Shown here: positions 27,182 to 40,907 of the stretch, piece after piece
Numbering within the stretch: position 1 is the first letter of the stretch
Layout: each line of letters opens with the position of its first letter
Source: Trichoplax adhaerens
Lineage: Eukaryota; Animalia; Placozoa
Direction of reading: 5' to 3'
Assembly: GCF_000150275.1 (NCBI RefSeq)
Contig: NW_002060951.1
Location: 1,622,297 to 1,686,296 of the forward strand
DNA length: 64,000 nt
The notes under the pieces: generated by a model
Told to the model about the DNA's origin: nothing
The model's database searches: none
What the model saw: the letters and a program-made list of their open reading frames with translations, nothing else
Made by a program: the position numbers and the translations under genes

Positions 27182-28188
27182 TAAGATAAAGGATTGAAAA
27201 CTTTGTCTACTACGTAAAACTACTACACAGTCACTTTTTCTTTTCTCTCGATCACAAATTATGCCAAGGTATCATGTCCTTTCTTCAATCGATTTTACAA
27301 AGATAGAAAATGTGGTAGAGTTGAGTTTACCGTTATCAGTCTGTCACCAATCTACCGCCTATCTCAGTGATCTCGATAGTCTTTTTACTTACTAAACTAT
27401 TCTATAGGCTAAACATGCAGTGTGGAACGTGTAAAGGCTGCTTAGGTGAACATGGAGCTATCGACTCCATACTTTTTACCCCCAATGACTTTTATATTTC
27501 GTGTCGAAAAATACATCAACTCATCCTGTAAAGATAAACGTCCATTGGTTACAGATTCTATCAATATTGGATAGACCATACAAGAGGTCACATAGTCAGT
27601 ACTTTACCGAATAAAGCACATTGTATTCAAATCTTAGTTTCGATCGACAATTCTTAAACTTGCAAAGATTATTAGGTAACCGTGTATTACCCACTCTTCA
27701 TGCAGAAACAATCATGATAGTTATCCTGATTTTTTAAAGTATATCACTACGCTTAGAAGATCCTTTTCTATCTCTTTTCGATGCATTTTACGTATCGCTA
27801 ATAATTACAGTCAATTTTAGCTTTTAGCATGTGAGTTACTGTGGCTACTGTCGAGAAGGTGCTGTATAAAGTAGTGTATGTTGTATTCTTTGAGATATAG
27901 TTTCACCGGTGATCCGACATAAACAGCACCATGTAATAAGAAGATTATTTTGATTTGGCGTAGAAGTACCTACTGTACAGTAGTTTGTATAAATGATATA
28001 CAGAAGCTAATTTAGATACACATCTATATTATATATATATATATTATAAACGTGGAAGCATCCTATATGATAAATTGTAATTGTTAAGATGGCGGGTACT
28101 GGACATTTCTATTGTTTAAAAGTCGTAATAATTTTTAATTTTTATATCTTCATTAATACAGCCACTGCTAGTACAGTATTCCGCTTCG

Positions 28189-30486
28189 ATGGCCACTGAA
28201 CAAGAATCAGCGACAGCCGTCGATGATAGTGTCGACAATCAAATTAAAAATGGCGTCAGGCAGAATCTACTAGCACATCATATCGGTAACGCTAGTGATA
28301 CATCTATGCAGGGAAATGCCAATAATTTAATTGTCTCGACTGGCAGTTCGTCAACTCCTCGAACAGATAGGAATGAAAGGAGTGCTCCGAACTCTACTAG
28401 CTTTGATTACAACGATGTTAGCTTAGATGCTGCACTACCCGAGCGTAGCAGTTATATGTTGCCCGGGGAAGGCCACGAACAACAAGAAGGCCGCTTAGAA
28501 GGTACTTATTGCAATGGTTCAAAAAGTTCACTTATAAAGACGATTTTTGTTGTATTTGACAATAATTGACATTCTTATAGCTAACTATTCATGACGTATG
28601 TTAATTATAAGGCGAAGTATTATTGGTATGATATACTTGTATACTGTACAGTACTGTAAATGTAGATCATGTTTGCTTGGCTGTAGTTTACGTACTGTAT
28701 ATGTGATATACTCTAGACCGTGAACAACTAGAAAAGCCCTTTTTCTAGTTGTCCATGTCTATATTCATCCAAAGCGCGGCGCTAATTGAATAGTGTTGTA
28801 CAGTAGAGTATTACGATCAATATACTATAGTAGCATATCTTTATAAAAGTAACAAGCAACTGTAGCCTTTCAACAAAGTAGCATGTATTATTGATTAGAT
28901 CTTAAGCTATCCTGCTTTCATTTATTTTGCAATAACTGATGCTATCAGCTGATATACTGTAGCATAGTCGACTATTCGCTTTAAAATTAAATTTGGAACT
29001 CAATGCAATAGATACTTTATTATGTGGCGTTTGCTAAGGCATACAATATAAGAATCAATTTCTGTTGCATATGTTGAATATGTAACAGAACGAGTATAGT
29101 ACAGTACTGTGCACTATGGAGCCACAAATTGTAGTCTGGATTAGTAACTGTATTATTAACAATGCATGTTGTACGATTTATTAATGTCACCTACTTGCGT
29201 TAAGTTAAATTAACAAGTAGATAGTGCTGTAGTAAATCACACGCGTATATGCTGGAACTAAACTTTACCCGTGACCTGTCTTAAGGATACTAATGTGATT
29301 TACGTAATTCAAATTTTAAAGATAATTCTATGAGCAACTTACAAGTTGAAGAAGATGACCAGGAAGGTAAAGATAAGGAGGCTATAAGGGAACAGGTTAG
29401 TGAAGAAAGACCGCAGGTTAATATTTAGAGCATAGACTGTACGTGATGGCACCTAGTATTACTAAAATTGCATTATCCTTCAGATGTATCTAAATGTGCC
29501 TGTATAGCGTAATGTCATTGTAGAATACAGCAATTTTAGATGTAGAGCCATAAAGATAAAATAATTGTTACATACTCAAATAATAGTTGAATTAAGCTGG
29601 TCATCAATTATCAACGTTAGGATCGATTTTTACCGATTGCAAATGTTAACCGTATCATGAAGGCAGCATTACCCAAAGTAGGAAAGGTAGGTAGATATAT
29701 ATTGAATTAGAATTATTTTTCCTTCATAAATTCCTCACTGTTCTTGCAGATTGCCAAAGATGCCAAAGAATGCGTCCAGGAGTGTGTGTCAGAATTTGTT
29801 AGCTTTATTACTAGCGAGTATCCTATATAAATTACTTTATAAAGTACAATCACCACTTTGCAGTTAAAATTTTGTAGATAAGGTGTGACCTATTAATTAA
29901 TATCAGTATAGATACTATATTGTCCTTAACAAAGATTCTACAGAGCGAGTGATAGATGTCAACAAGAAAAAAGAAAAACAATAAATGGTGAAGATATCTT
30001 ATTTGCAATGTCTAGTTTGGGTTTCGATAATTATATTGAGCCATTGAAAATGTACCTAACAAAATATAGAGAGGTTTGCTTCAACTACTTTACGAATTGA
30101 TGAATTGATGAAACAAAATGCTAAAACTAAAACCTACATTGGTATTACTTTGGCCAGGCTATGAAAGGAGATAAAGGACCTATGAATATATCTCATGGTA
30201 AGGGAGATGCAAACGATGACTTGGATGATAGCACTGTCCAACCAGAACATCAATCATATCAAGTTACAAATGCTCATTTACATTCCGGATTGATTGCTGC
30301 TCCGCCTGGGCAAAATGATCAAGCGAATCCATCAAATATTTATTCTAGCCATTTTTCCGGCCAGGTATTACATTGTTTACTGTGCATAATCAATCGATCT
30401 TGTTATTTGATGGACATGGACCCATTCTTAATACCATCAACTTTGTTATGCTTTTTCAGATGCCATCTGGGATTTCTTATAATTGA
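28189..30486 (+). CDS. NFYB: Nuclear transcription factor Y subunit beta (CCAAT-binding, histone-fold), 7 coding exons, about 294 aa
   Basis: Exons 28189-28501, 29322-29395, 29621-29686, 29750-29817, 29944-30073, 30158-30364 and 30460-30486 splice in frame. They encode the NF-YB core [91 protein letters not shown]. Confidence 0.96.
28714..28761. repeat. Hairpin in NF-YB intron
   Basis: ACAACTAGAAAA-GCCCT-TTTTCTAGTTGT (12-bp perfect stem), extended by TAGAC/GTCTA. Confidence 0.7.
29818..29943 (+). other. U12-type (minor spliceosome) GT-AG intron of NF-YB
   Basis: 5' splice site GTATCCTAT; branch site TCCTTAAC at 29923-29930, 13 nt before the end of the intron; no polypyrimidine tract. Confidence 0.88.
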
Positions 30487-33136
30487 AACAATTCACAAAG
30501 CTACGCCAATATAACTATTTGAATTAGCCCAATGCAGAAATTGCGCCCTATTCCATTTTCAAGAATGCTCTATGATTTGCTTATTGATCGAAAGTTATAT
30601 TTTATGCACCTCATTATGATGTCTGGTTATAAATGTTTAGTATCACCGGGATGTATAGTTGCTAGTGACTAGATGAATGCTTTTAACGTCATGAATCTTG
30701 TACTTAAAAAATTATTAATGTACGTTATATGAATTGCACGGTTGTGATTACTGCACCAACAGTTTGATAGCTATTACCAGAATTCTATCTACTAAATGTA
30801 AAATAACAATAGAATAACATCTTTTTTAAGGTTGTTAAAATCATGACCAACTCGAATACTGTCTGATTCACATTGTAAGCCCTGTTTGCAAATGAAGGAT
30901 AAATACATCCAACTCTAATATTATGTGATCAAATTCATTCAATATCATCTTCTTGTATGACATGGTATGAGCGGTAGAGCTACTGAATGAGTACTGCACA
31001 GTCAGCTTTTACAGGATGTTACCGCAAACGACATGTGTGATGTGATAGATGTCACTGTAGTACAACGTTTACTACATGTAAAGTTTATAATAAATCACTA
31101 ATGTTGACCAATTGCTTGTCAATTTACAATCCAATTTCGATAAATACGGGTAAAATCCATTGGAAAGTTACCAATCATAATCTATGAAGCTAATATACAA
31201 ATAATCTTAGAATACTCGTACGTATACGCATGATAGGCATGTCTTTGTAACTAGGTTGATACGTAGGACAAAATAAAAATAGTGGATAAATTATATCTTA
31301 TAATCTACATTTTGTTATGGAGTCCTTAGAGTTAATTTAGTTACGATTTGCTGCCATGCTTGTGCCAATTACTGTATGCAGTATTTACGACGAAATTCTA
31401 AAATTATCTTGCAAATATTTTAATCTCATATTCATATTGTTTTTGACACCCATAAAGTTGTTATTTTGCCATATGTTAGTACTGTGAAATACAGTATGTG
31501 TTTTAAGTAAGAATTATAAGGGAAACGATCTATTTTTCTTCTTAAATGCAACAATCCGATTGATTTTTTCAATTCTTATTATCCAGATTTCGATCCGTTA
31601 ATATATAACATATACCATAGCTGAAAGAATTTACAGTTTGGCGCAATACAGAGATAGCTGTAATAAAATCAATCAACAACTAATCCATTGTCACTGCGCT
31701 AATATCAAGTCTTTGTATTAAGGAGCTGCATTTAAGTTACTCAAGATAAATTTATTACTGACACTCTGGAGCATCGTATCAGCTTAATATTATCTTTTGT
31801 TATATCACTATACCACGGTGCAATTACACCATGAATAGTAGTATAGATTAAGTATTTGTATCGTAGTAAATTTCTGCCTATATATAGTGGATTAGGCTAA
31901 CTAAGATTTTGTCATTGACTTGTAATCGCGAACGTTGCTCGTTAGTAACCGATTTTGTAGTTTCACGAGCAAAATTACGTTGGTCGTATTAGTTGGAATA
32001 AAGAAAGAGTGGCTCAATATTGTCAGGTTTATCTGTAAGACTGCCGTATAGAAGGGTAGTTCTCGGCCTAAACTAGAATACTAGTTAACAGTAACAACTT
32101 AAAAGAGCAGAATATTTTACGTTATCCTTTGTCAGGAGAGTGATCCGTGACACACTAGTTAACAAAGCTTTAATCTATAAGGGTATCATATAATATATGG
32201 TAACAAAAAAGGAATCAACGAAATAAAATCTAATCTAGTCGTATTGCTAGGGTTTTAAACTATTTTTAGCTATTGGTGAACGTGTAAGTACAAATTAAAT
32301 TCTGACTACTGATTAATTATATCATCATTGTGTCAACAATTAAGAGTTTTGCAGTTTTCTGATATATGAGTAATTTATATCACGTTGATAGTTTGTCATA
32401 CATGAAAAGATTGTGACTGGCAAAAGCTCCTACTCTTTTCGCGAGTGCAAAGTATTAGAATTTATGTATAGAGAATGAGTTAGTTAAATTAACTCAAAAG
32501 AACTATAGCTCTCAACTAGCTAACCAAACGTATTAGAATCATTAAAAATATAATTGCTCTAAATCTATTCTTCGATTGATTTGCTCACAAATTTAGCATT
32601 CAGTGTGTGACATTCTGTTAGTAACCATGCGCCCAACTGACACTGTTAATTGTAGGGTTATATTGCGAATTGAAACTTCCATTTAAGTAAATATCAAAGG
32701 CTATTTATTTATATCCATTCGATATGATATTTTTGTAATAATTTCCAAAGTGTTTTATGTAACAATGATTTCATAGCTCATTAATGTAAGTAATAAAACT
32801 TTACAGAAACAGCCCTTTAAATCTTCCATAAATAAAGAAGCAAAAGAAGGGAATGAAGTATACTGTACTAGAGACAGAAACTCTAAAAACGGGCACCATT
32901 CCACTTTTCCATTTTTCAACCATTGATAATTAAGTATGAGTCAGAGTCCAAACATATGGTCGATTCTGAAATCTTTATAAGTATTAATACAGTAAAAATA
33001 GTTTGCCAAAGAAACAAGTTGAACAATTGTGACATTTTCCGACGAATTTTTTTGATTAAGCCAAAATTTCTGTTAATAAAGTAAGCCAATTCAGCCTGGC
33101 TTTCGTAATGTTTCATCTTAAGTTAGCATTAACGAC

Positions 33137-36100
33137 TTATAAAGGTTGTGGAGATTTGCGATTGCTCCACGCCTCAAATATCGTCAATAAGATTACAACA
33201 AACCCCTGTGATTAACAATAATATCAATGTAATCAGTAAAATTGTATAATTCAGCAATGCTAAATGAAATATTCGTAAGTTGTTTATAACATTAATTAGA
33301 AAAATTGCTACAAAGTTATATCTAATCTTTTAAGGTAAGAATGGACGGCAAAAAAAATTAATATGCTATACATTTAATTATGTTCATATTGTTAACTAGA
33401 AAAGGGAAACTTCGGTAATTAAAATATTGCATTTACTTACTTCGTAGATATGAGATTATTAAAAATAAGTAAAAATACTTACTAGATATGTCTTATGCTA
33501 CATGACTATATCTAACAGGCATAGAATTTAGTAGGTTTGTGTGTATACAGGATGGTAATTTATTAAATATTGATGGTTTTAACTACTTGAGCAAATCTGA
33601 TTTCACTCTTAGAATAAGCAGTACCTACGATAAGCTGCTATAGCAAAATGAAGATCAAATAATTTATTTACCTGAATAATTGCCAACATTCCTAAAGCCT
33701 ATAATAATTTATATTAGAATATATGAATTGGTAAGAGTTAAAAGATATCGTATTTCATTACTTAAGTATCCAGCATACATTGAAACTCGATATTAAGTCG
33801 CTTTAAAAAGTCATTATTTATTTATGACGTACTTTATATACTCGTATATTTAGTATATATGAAATAGAAATAAAAGCAAACACTGCGTACTGTACTGTAC
33901 TTACCGAAGAACACCAGCGGAAATCATGAGAAGAAGAAAGTCCGAAGGCGCCTCCAAGAGTGTGGCCAACAATTTGTCTGAATATCGAAATAAAACATTA
34001 ATGGTGATTATTACAAGTATAATGGGCCAGTGAAAAGATAATATTTAAAAATATCGCTTTACCCAATACAGTAAAAGCTGCTGAATATTCCAGAGGCCAT
34101 TGCGTATGCTACCACACTGTCGGCTTCCTTGCAGTACCCGCTGCAATTTTTGGCATTACAATAAAATTACTTTCATAATTTTTAAAATCTATACTCATGT
34201 TATGATTAATTTGGGTCTTAGAATACATTTGTACATTTACTAGCCTAGCTGTAGTTCCGCGTAATATATCAGGCAAAGCAGGAACTGTAGCCAACGCTAC
34301 AGAGATTCCAATGCTAGCAATAGCTATTATACTAGAGAGAACCGTCCTGAAACGGGAAAGAAATAAAAAAATTAAAATTTTTAAGATACCCGGTATACTT
34401 TTATCGCCATAACCGATGAGAAATCTAAAGGCAGCAGAGATCGATTGTAATGGTTTACATTTTAATGTTAATATAAGGAGCTGGTCCTAGGAATTGTAAA
34501 GAGACTCCCAAGGCAATAGACCCAACAATAATTATCAGTCGATGGCCCTGGCAATAAAATCAATTTGGTTCGTAAATTAATTTAAAATTGTCGAGGAATG
34601 TCATAAAATGCAAACGTGTTGTTAACAATAAGGTGTATTTAGCTCTTAGTATAGAATTTATTCTACGAATTCAGATTTACGAGCAGTTTCGCATCTAGCT
34701 TACAGTTTTATCTGCAATGCATCCGATGATAGGTGCACAAAGGCCATAGGATCCAATTAGTAAGAGAAAAATGAGTCCAATATTGCCAGTTTTAAGTGAT
34801 AGCAACAAACGCAAATACGGCGGTTTGGTACGTTCCGGCGCCAACTCCTTGCAAGCCTCTGACAACCAGACAGGCGCACAAGAATGAAGTAGTGCCATTT
34901 ATGAGCGTCAAGAATCTATTGACGGTTATAATCATAAAATATGAATAAGTTCAAGTTATCTCGAATGTTTTAACCAGCATCATGTAATATTTAATACCAT
35001 ATGAATAGTTTACACCTTTACTAATTGAGAAAGAGGCGTCATTATTCTGTTTAATATCAAACTATAATACAATTACCATGGGCGTGCAACATATAATATG
35101 CTATATAATATTATTGTCAATAATAAACTGTTCAGATTATATTCCCATAAATTACCCGTAAAGAATAGTGCATCCACCTTCTAGGAATAATCCAATCCAT
35201 ATGGTATACTTTAAACCTATTTTATGCATCTATATATAATCATAAATAGAGATAAGATACACTAAGAAATGTGACATCTATGCTTGTATAAATTGCTTAA
35301 TAATTGAGGTAAAAGTAAGACGAGTGACTTTGGCTTTAAGAGATTGAATTAAATGTACAGGTTAGCATTCACATTTCGTCACTTGAATATTTTGTAATAA
35401 ATCTTGCTAAATTACATAAGAGGTTCGTATTTATTACATTTAAAACCAAAATGTAAATTAATAAGAAAACAAGGGAGTAAGAAAATCTTTAAAGCCGGCT
35501 TATATCTAAATTTTCTATAGTTTATTAAAATTTCTTGAACAATAAAAGTCCTTGTAATATTTTTATGGCGATGGCTTCATATATTTATAATTACTATTAT
35601 CATTATCATTAATCCTATAGGCACATTGCAGTTTATGAAATAGTCTCACCCAGATACACTTGCGGCACTAATGATGTTACTCCACTTAATTAAACGGGAT
35701 CAGGGCTATCATGATCTAAGTTTAACCGTATAGTCATATTCGACGTTGTAAATTAAATACGGGTATGTCTTTGTAACGTAAACTGAAGAGCACAAATCAC
35801 TTCGAAGAAAAAGTAATCAGACTAATTGGATGTCAGTACCACAAACGTATTTTATTACTTTATTAGCCTTTTCAATGGAAAATGGCATCATCATCATAAG
35901 CTTCAATTTGAAGCTCGTATTGAAACGCAGAAATAAACCATATTACTAGCATAAAGTCATTATACTATAGTAAATGTGTGTAAAAGAGCTTCGCCACTTC
36001 AACATAAGTTATTAATCTGATATCACGTGCACAAGATGTAAAACTTACCGACATACCAACCAATGGTGAGAAAACTACTTTCGTCATTGGATAAATTGCA

Positions 36101-37795
36101 TAGATAAATCCGATTTGCAAATTGCTAACTTTCTTCTTAAGAGCCTGATAAATTGAAAGAAATCATAATATTCATGCTTTATTTTGATTTCAAAATGAAT
36201 AACTTTTATTCTATGAAAAAACAAAATCTTTCAATGATAACTTCATAGCTTTAAAGAACTTTTCTATTGATTAAGAGTACTGGTAGGTATCACTATTGTA
36301 AAGAGAGTTAGAATTAAAATATCAACGCAATTTTAAGGAATAATTTCTGCTGCTATAAACTGTCATCACAAGCATACTTGCTATAGTTTTTACTACTTTG
36401 TGGAAAAACTTATAAGATCTTAGCGACGGGGTAAGAATCAAAATTTTAAAGTTCGCCAATTATATAATATCCTAGTGCTACGGAAAGCTGATGATAAAGC
36501 CGTAGTGATATTGTCTATCTATGGTTGTTTTCGCTTTCCTATAAAAATTAGATTACTTTCTAGCGCTTTATTTGTGTCAGTATTCATAGTTATTTCAATG
36601 CTAAGTACTTGCCACTTAGTAATATGACGGTATTGATATATTTCATCGCTAATTAGTAATCCTCTATCCTCACACCTTTTATAAAAGTTATATAAAATGA
36701 TTTCATGTGTGGATAACATTATTGGATTAAATAAGGCAGATTTGAAAGGCGAAAAATTATTCGTTGTAGTAAATTTATTATGGTTACGAATGGTCTTAAA
36801 TGCTACTATTTAATAACCTTGCCGTTGGAGGTAGGATTTTGTCAGTGCTAGTGTAATATGTGATGATATGGGGGAGAAAATTACATTTCTTATTTGTATC
36901 TTTTATTCATATTACACGAGTATATATGTTTCCAGTTATACTTTTCTTCTTCAAGATTATCAGAAATATGAATTTCTCTTATTTTAGTAAAATAAAACTG
37001 GATAATCATTTGATACTTTGAAAGGCAATCATGATCGATAATTATAAAAGTGTTAAAATGTATAAAGTGTTTAACTTAATGGTAAGAAGATGAATATTTT
37101 AAATTGAATTTTGATACTACGTATTAGCAGAATCATATATAATTTTAATTATTAAGGTGTATATGTAATCATTTTACTAATGTTACTACGATTAAGAATA
37201 TATCCGTAGGTCATCCATTTAATTATTGGTAAGTAGGGAACCTTTTGTCGTAAAGAATATGCATATGCTTTCAAATTGACTGTAACCTAAAATCATTCGT
37301 TAATGGACCAAGCCTTAAGTAAAGGAAAAAGTTGTCATTTTTTATTATAAGGGAGTGAAAATACAGTCAGCCTGCAATTATAGTTTCAACAATATAACGC
37401 ACTTTACAGTGTCAGTTCAGCTTAAAAGTATAGCCAACATGTACGATATTATCATTATCTTCTCTAAAATTGGCACTTTTATTCTTAACTATGCTGAGTC
37501 ATTTGACCTGTTAATTTCACAGTTAAAACTGGATTGGAAATTTAATGATGTCAACTTTTACTGCATGGATTACCTATAGTAAGTTTATACTTACCACTGG
37601 TGAAAAAAATGGAAAGAGTAATGAAAAGATAATGGAAACCACCGCCGCATTATAAAGAAATATTACTAATGATGTCGATCTTTGGTTAGCAGTAATCCCT
37701 TCTTTTTTGATAGGTTCATGATTCGATTTGTCGTCTTGCTTCAATTCGATCAAGTTAGCAGTATCACTATCGCTAGAAGCTTTATTTTCTGCCAT
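33137..37795 (-). pseudogene. SLC18B1-like MFS transporter, copy 5 (internally deleted pseudogene)
   Basis: Exons 1-3 are intact (MAENKASSDS...FSLLFPFFSPV). Exon 4 (34915-34795, FLTLINGTTSFLCACLVVRGLQGVGAGTYQTAVFAFVAIT) is fused out of frame to exon 9 (KTGNIGLIFLLL...), giving TAA at 34792-34794. Exons 5-8 are absent. Exons 10-15 are present; the exon 11 donor reads GC and exon 15 runs into a TAA at 33137-33139. Confidence 0.88.
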
Positions 37796-40700
37796 GATTA
37801 AATATCGATCTTACACGTATCCTCTACCGAAACTACTAATTGTCGATAAAGCATTAGATAAAACAAATCGCTTCGATTTTGTCGAATATGGGTGATCAAC
37901 TTCCACTAAATAAATGATAACGTTAGACACTGACAATCGCCCTTAAAAATTGAACGATGATTCATAATTATTTGACTTCTTTTATAATAAAAGCATCAAA
38001 TTTTTAGATTCCCATGAGGATTTACTGCTGGTCCTATTAATTAGACTAATTGGTTGGCCAAGATGATGTGCTACTGTTCTTCAATAAACGTCATTGTTTA
38101 TCTTTATAATTTCCATTACGTTTCATCAATTCTTCTATCCCTGTATGCACTGTATTGTTTAACAGAAAAGATTGTTTCCATCTTATTAAAAAATATGGCA
38201 TTGAATCTCGCTTGAGGATTACAGTAACAAGCTAGCAAGACATGGAATTCCCTGGATACATGTAGTTGACCCATTGGATAGCGTTTTCTCGTAATACAAT
38301 GGATATGCCTAAGGCACGTAAGACTACTTACTGTTATTAACTCTATGAGCAAATCCTCTAATATATTGTGGGCACAGCATAGAGATTAGAACAACTAACG
38401 CTGTCACTAGTGTTGTTTCATAAATCTTCAAAATATAAAGCTACAGTATCTAGTTATAAATGAAACGTTAGGAAGTATCAATGCATTATGAGATGCATGC
38501 ATTCTGTATAACAGCTATCGTTAAAAGAAATAAAAATGATTTAGTTAAACTTGGGGTAGCAATGTCTTACCGTCCATTGTCCTTCATAATACAGTAGGAT
38601 AGGAAGGTGCATTGTCTAAGTTCTTAATTAGGTAAGGTTTTGCCTTTAATTCGCTTTACGGTACTTACTTTATGCTTTTTATGACGTATAAAACACTTAT
38701 CATACAGGAAAATTTAATTAGCAAGGATTATATAACTGTATCAAAATCATCAAAATCATCTGCAATTATAGCTACAGTAGTAGAGGATTTCTTTTCAACA
38801 TGGCGGCCATCGTCGTCACGATTGCATTTGACTACGACGTACAGTACTCGTATTTAGCACCCTATGACCGTTGATAAACTTTCCATCATTTGATTACAGT
38901 ACTATATTTGCTTACTGTAAATTCGAGTGAAACGTTTGGGGGCTAAAGAGATATTTATAAGCTCGTTTAAATAGAAGCTTCTGTTCTACTTCCTGATAGA
39001 TCGCAGTACACGGTTTTCACGTTTGCTTCGAAATAAAAGGACTTGCCTTAAGACGGTTTGCGCCTAAGTCAATCCAAGTCCTTCAGATAAATATTAAACA
39101 CGCACGACTTCCTAATAAGAAAAGGTTCGGCACTTTAGAGGTTTAGTTAAATCAATAGCTCCGAAAAGTTGTTCGAATCCACCAACACTCTACTATGATG
39201 ATGAACTCACACAATTTGCGTGACTAAGAATGTTATACGTATATCATACTGATAACTGCATGATTTCATCGGAAGACAGTTATAGACATTAAACCCATTC
39301 TAAGCAATAATTTAAGATACTTCTTGATAACTGTTTTATTCAGAAATACCCTGGAAATATTCGAGTTTTATGTGTAATAAGGATGAGAATATCGTCGGTT
39401 AAGGTTGGTTGTTGCGATAGTTCGTTGTAATAGCTTTACGTTTGTAGCCTTCAGAAATATTACGGTACTTTCATGCAGTTGATAGGATACCCCTAAGCTA
39501 TTTAAATCAAACTTCTTTCAGTTTCTGAATTTATGAATTGCTGTAAAAGCAGAATAAAAATCTAAGTTATAATCTTCTTAGTTACCGCGTCGACAAGTAG
39601 GTATAATTCCAATAACTGCGAGAAACCTCAGTAAGCTCATTTGTAATATTATTTAGGACTTGAGTTGCCTAAATATCCTTTACGATTCTATGATCTCTTT
39701 CTTGGTTGCTTTATTTGGGATCGAAAAGAGACTATCATAAGTTTTATGGATGAAACGGTACTGTACCTGGCTATTGACTTATAATCTCGATCAGAATTCG
39801 TTCATGTTAATATTTCTACCGTATGAACAGAGCATCGGCCTCCGAGTTTATAGCTCGTAAATAAACCTTACAACAAAGTACGGTAATACGCGATAGTATC
39901 CTCGCAATTATTAACGTTACGGAAATTCTCTTTTATAACAACAAGAGTAAAACATATTGAAGTATGAGATTGTGTTATACGCAATCTTAACCTATTACCT
40001 GTTTTCATTTTAAACTAGATCTGAACATGAATTCTAGCCACCTTTACTGTATGAACCTTAAAAGTAATGCAAAGGATTAACCTATATAGGAACGTCCGTA
40101 AGAAAGTCTATTACAGAATGATCATGTTATTGAAATATAGCGATCAGACTAATGAAACTGTTCACTCTTTTAAATTCAATACTCGAATTTTGCCTTTCTT
40201 TCTTGTTAATGAGACACAAAAAAGTAAAGCATGTAAAGTAATGTATAGTCATATAGTGCCAGATAATTGAAAGTAGCAAAACAGGTTACTCCAGATTGTT
40301 TAATGATTACAGACCTGTTGACGTATTTCCTGGAATTATACATTATAAGGAAACGCTATTAATAGATGAGGAATCCTTTAGATATTTTATTATAAGTAAC
40401 AAATGCACCTGTTGGATTGTATATTTTATAAGACAAAAGAATAATATCGTTTTTAAACGATATTATCTTGGCAGCTACCGTATCTACAGCAATTAGAATA
40501 AATACGCCCAAAAATAAAATTAATTGGCAACAATGCAATAAAAATATCTTATTCATGGTCAAGAGCTTTCGGACTAATATATGATGTTAACTTCCTCGCA
40601 CTTTTGCCTGCATCGATTTTCTTACAACCGATAAAACACAGTTTCAAAACTTTAAGTAGTTTATTTGTTATGTTAAGTTCAATATAGCCAATTAAATACG

Positions 40701-40907
40701 TTGGTATATAAGTGCCTTAGAACATTTTGTTTTTATAACAATTACACTATAATTTTATTTTTGTTATCATTATCAGCAATGATATGTCAAATCATTTAAT
40801 GATGTAAAATATTGAATATTGAGATTAAACGTGGATCACTCCACATGCGTGAATGCGATACATTATTATAATTTTTCACAAAGAACTTAACTATCATAGC
40901 AGTTCGA

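Noticed and set aside
34800-34900. GC-richer patch first suspected to be a foreign insertion in copy 5
   Set aside because: It translates on the minus strand as the gene's own exon 4 (RGLQGVGAGTYQTA).
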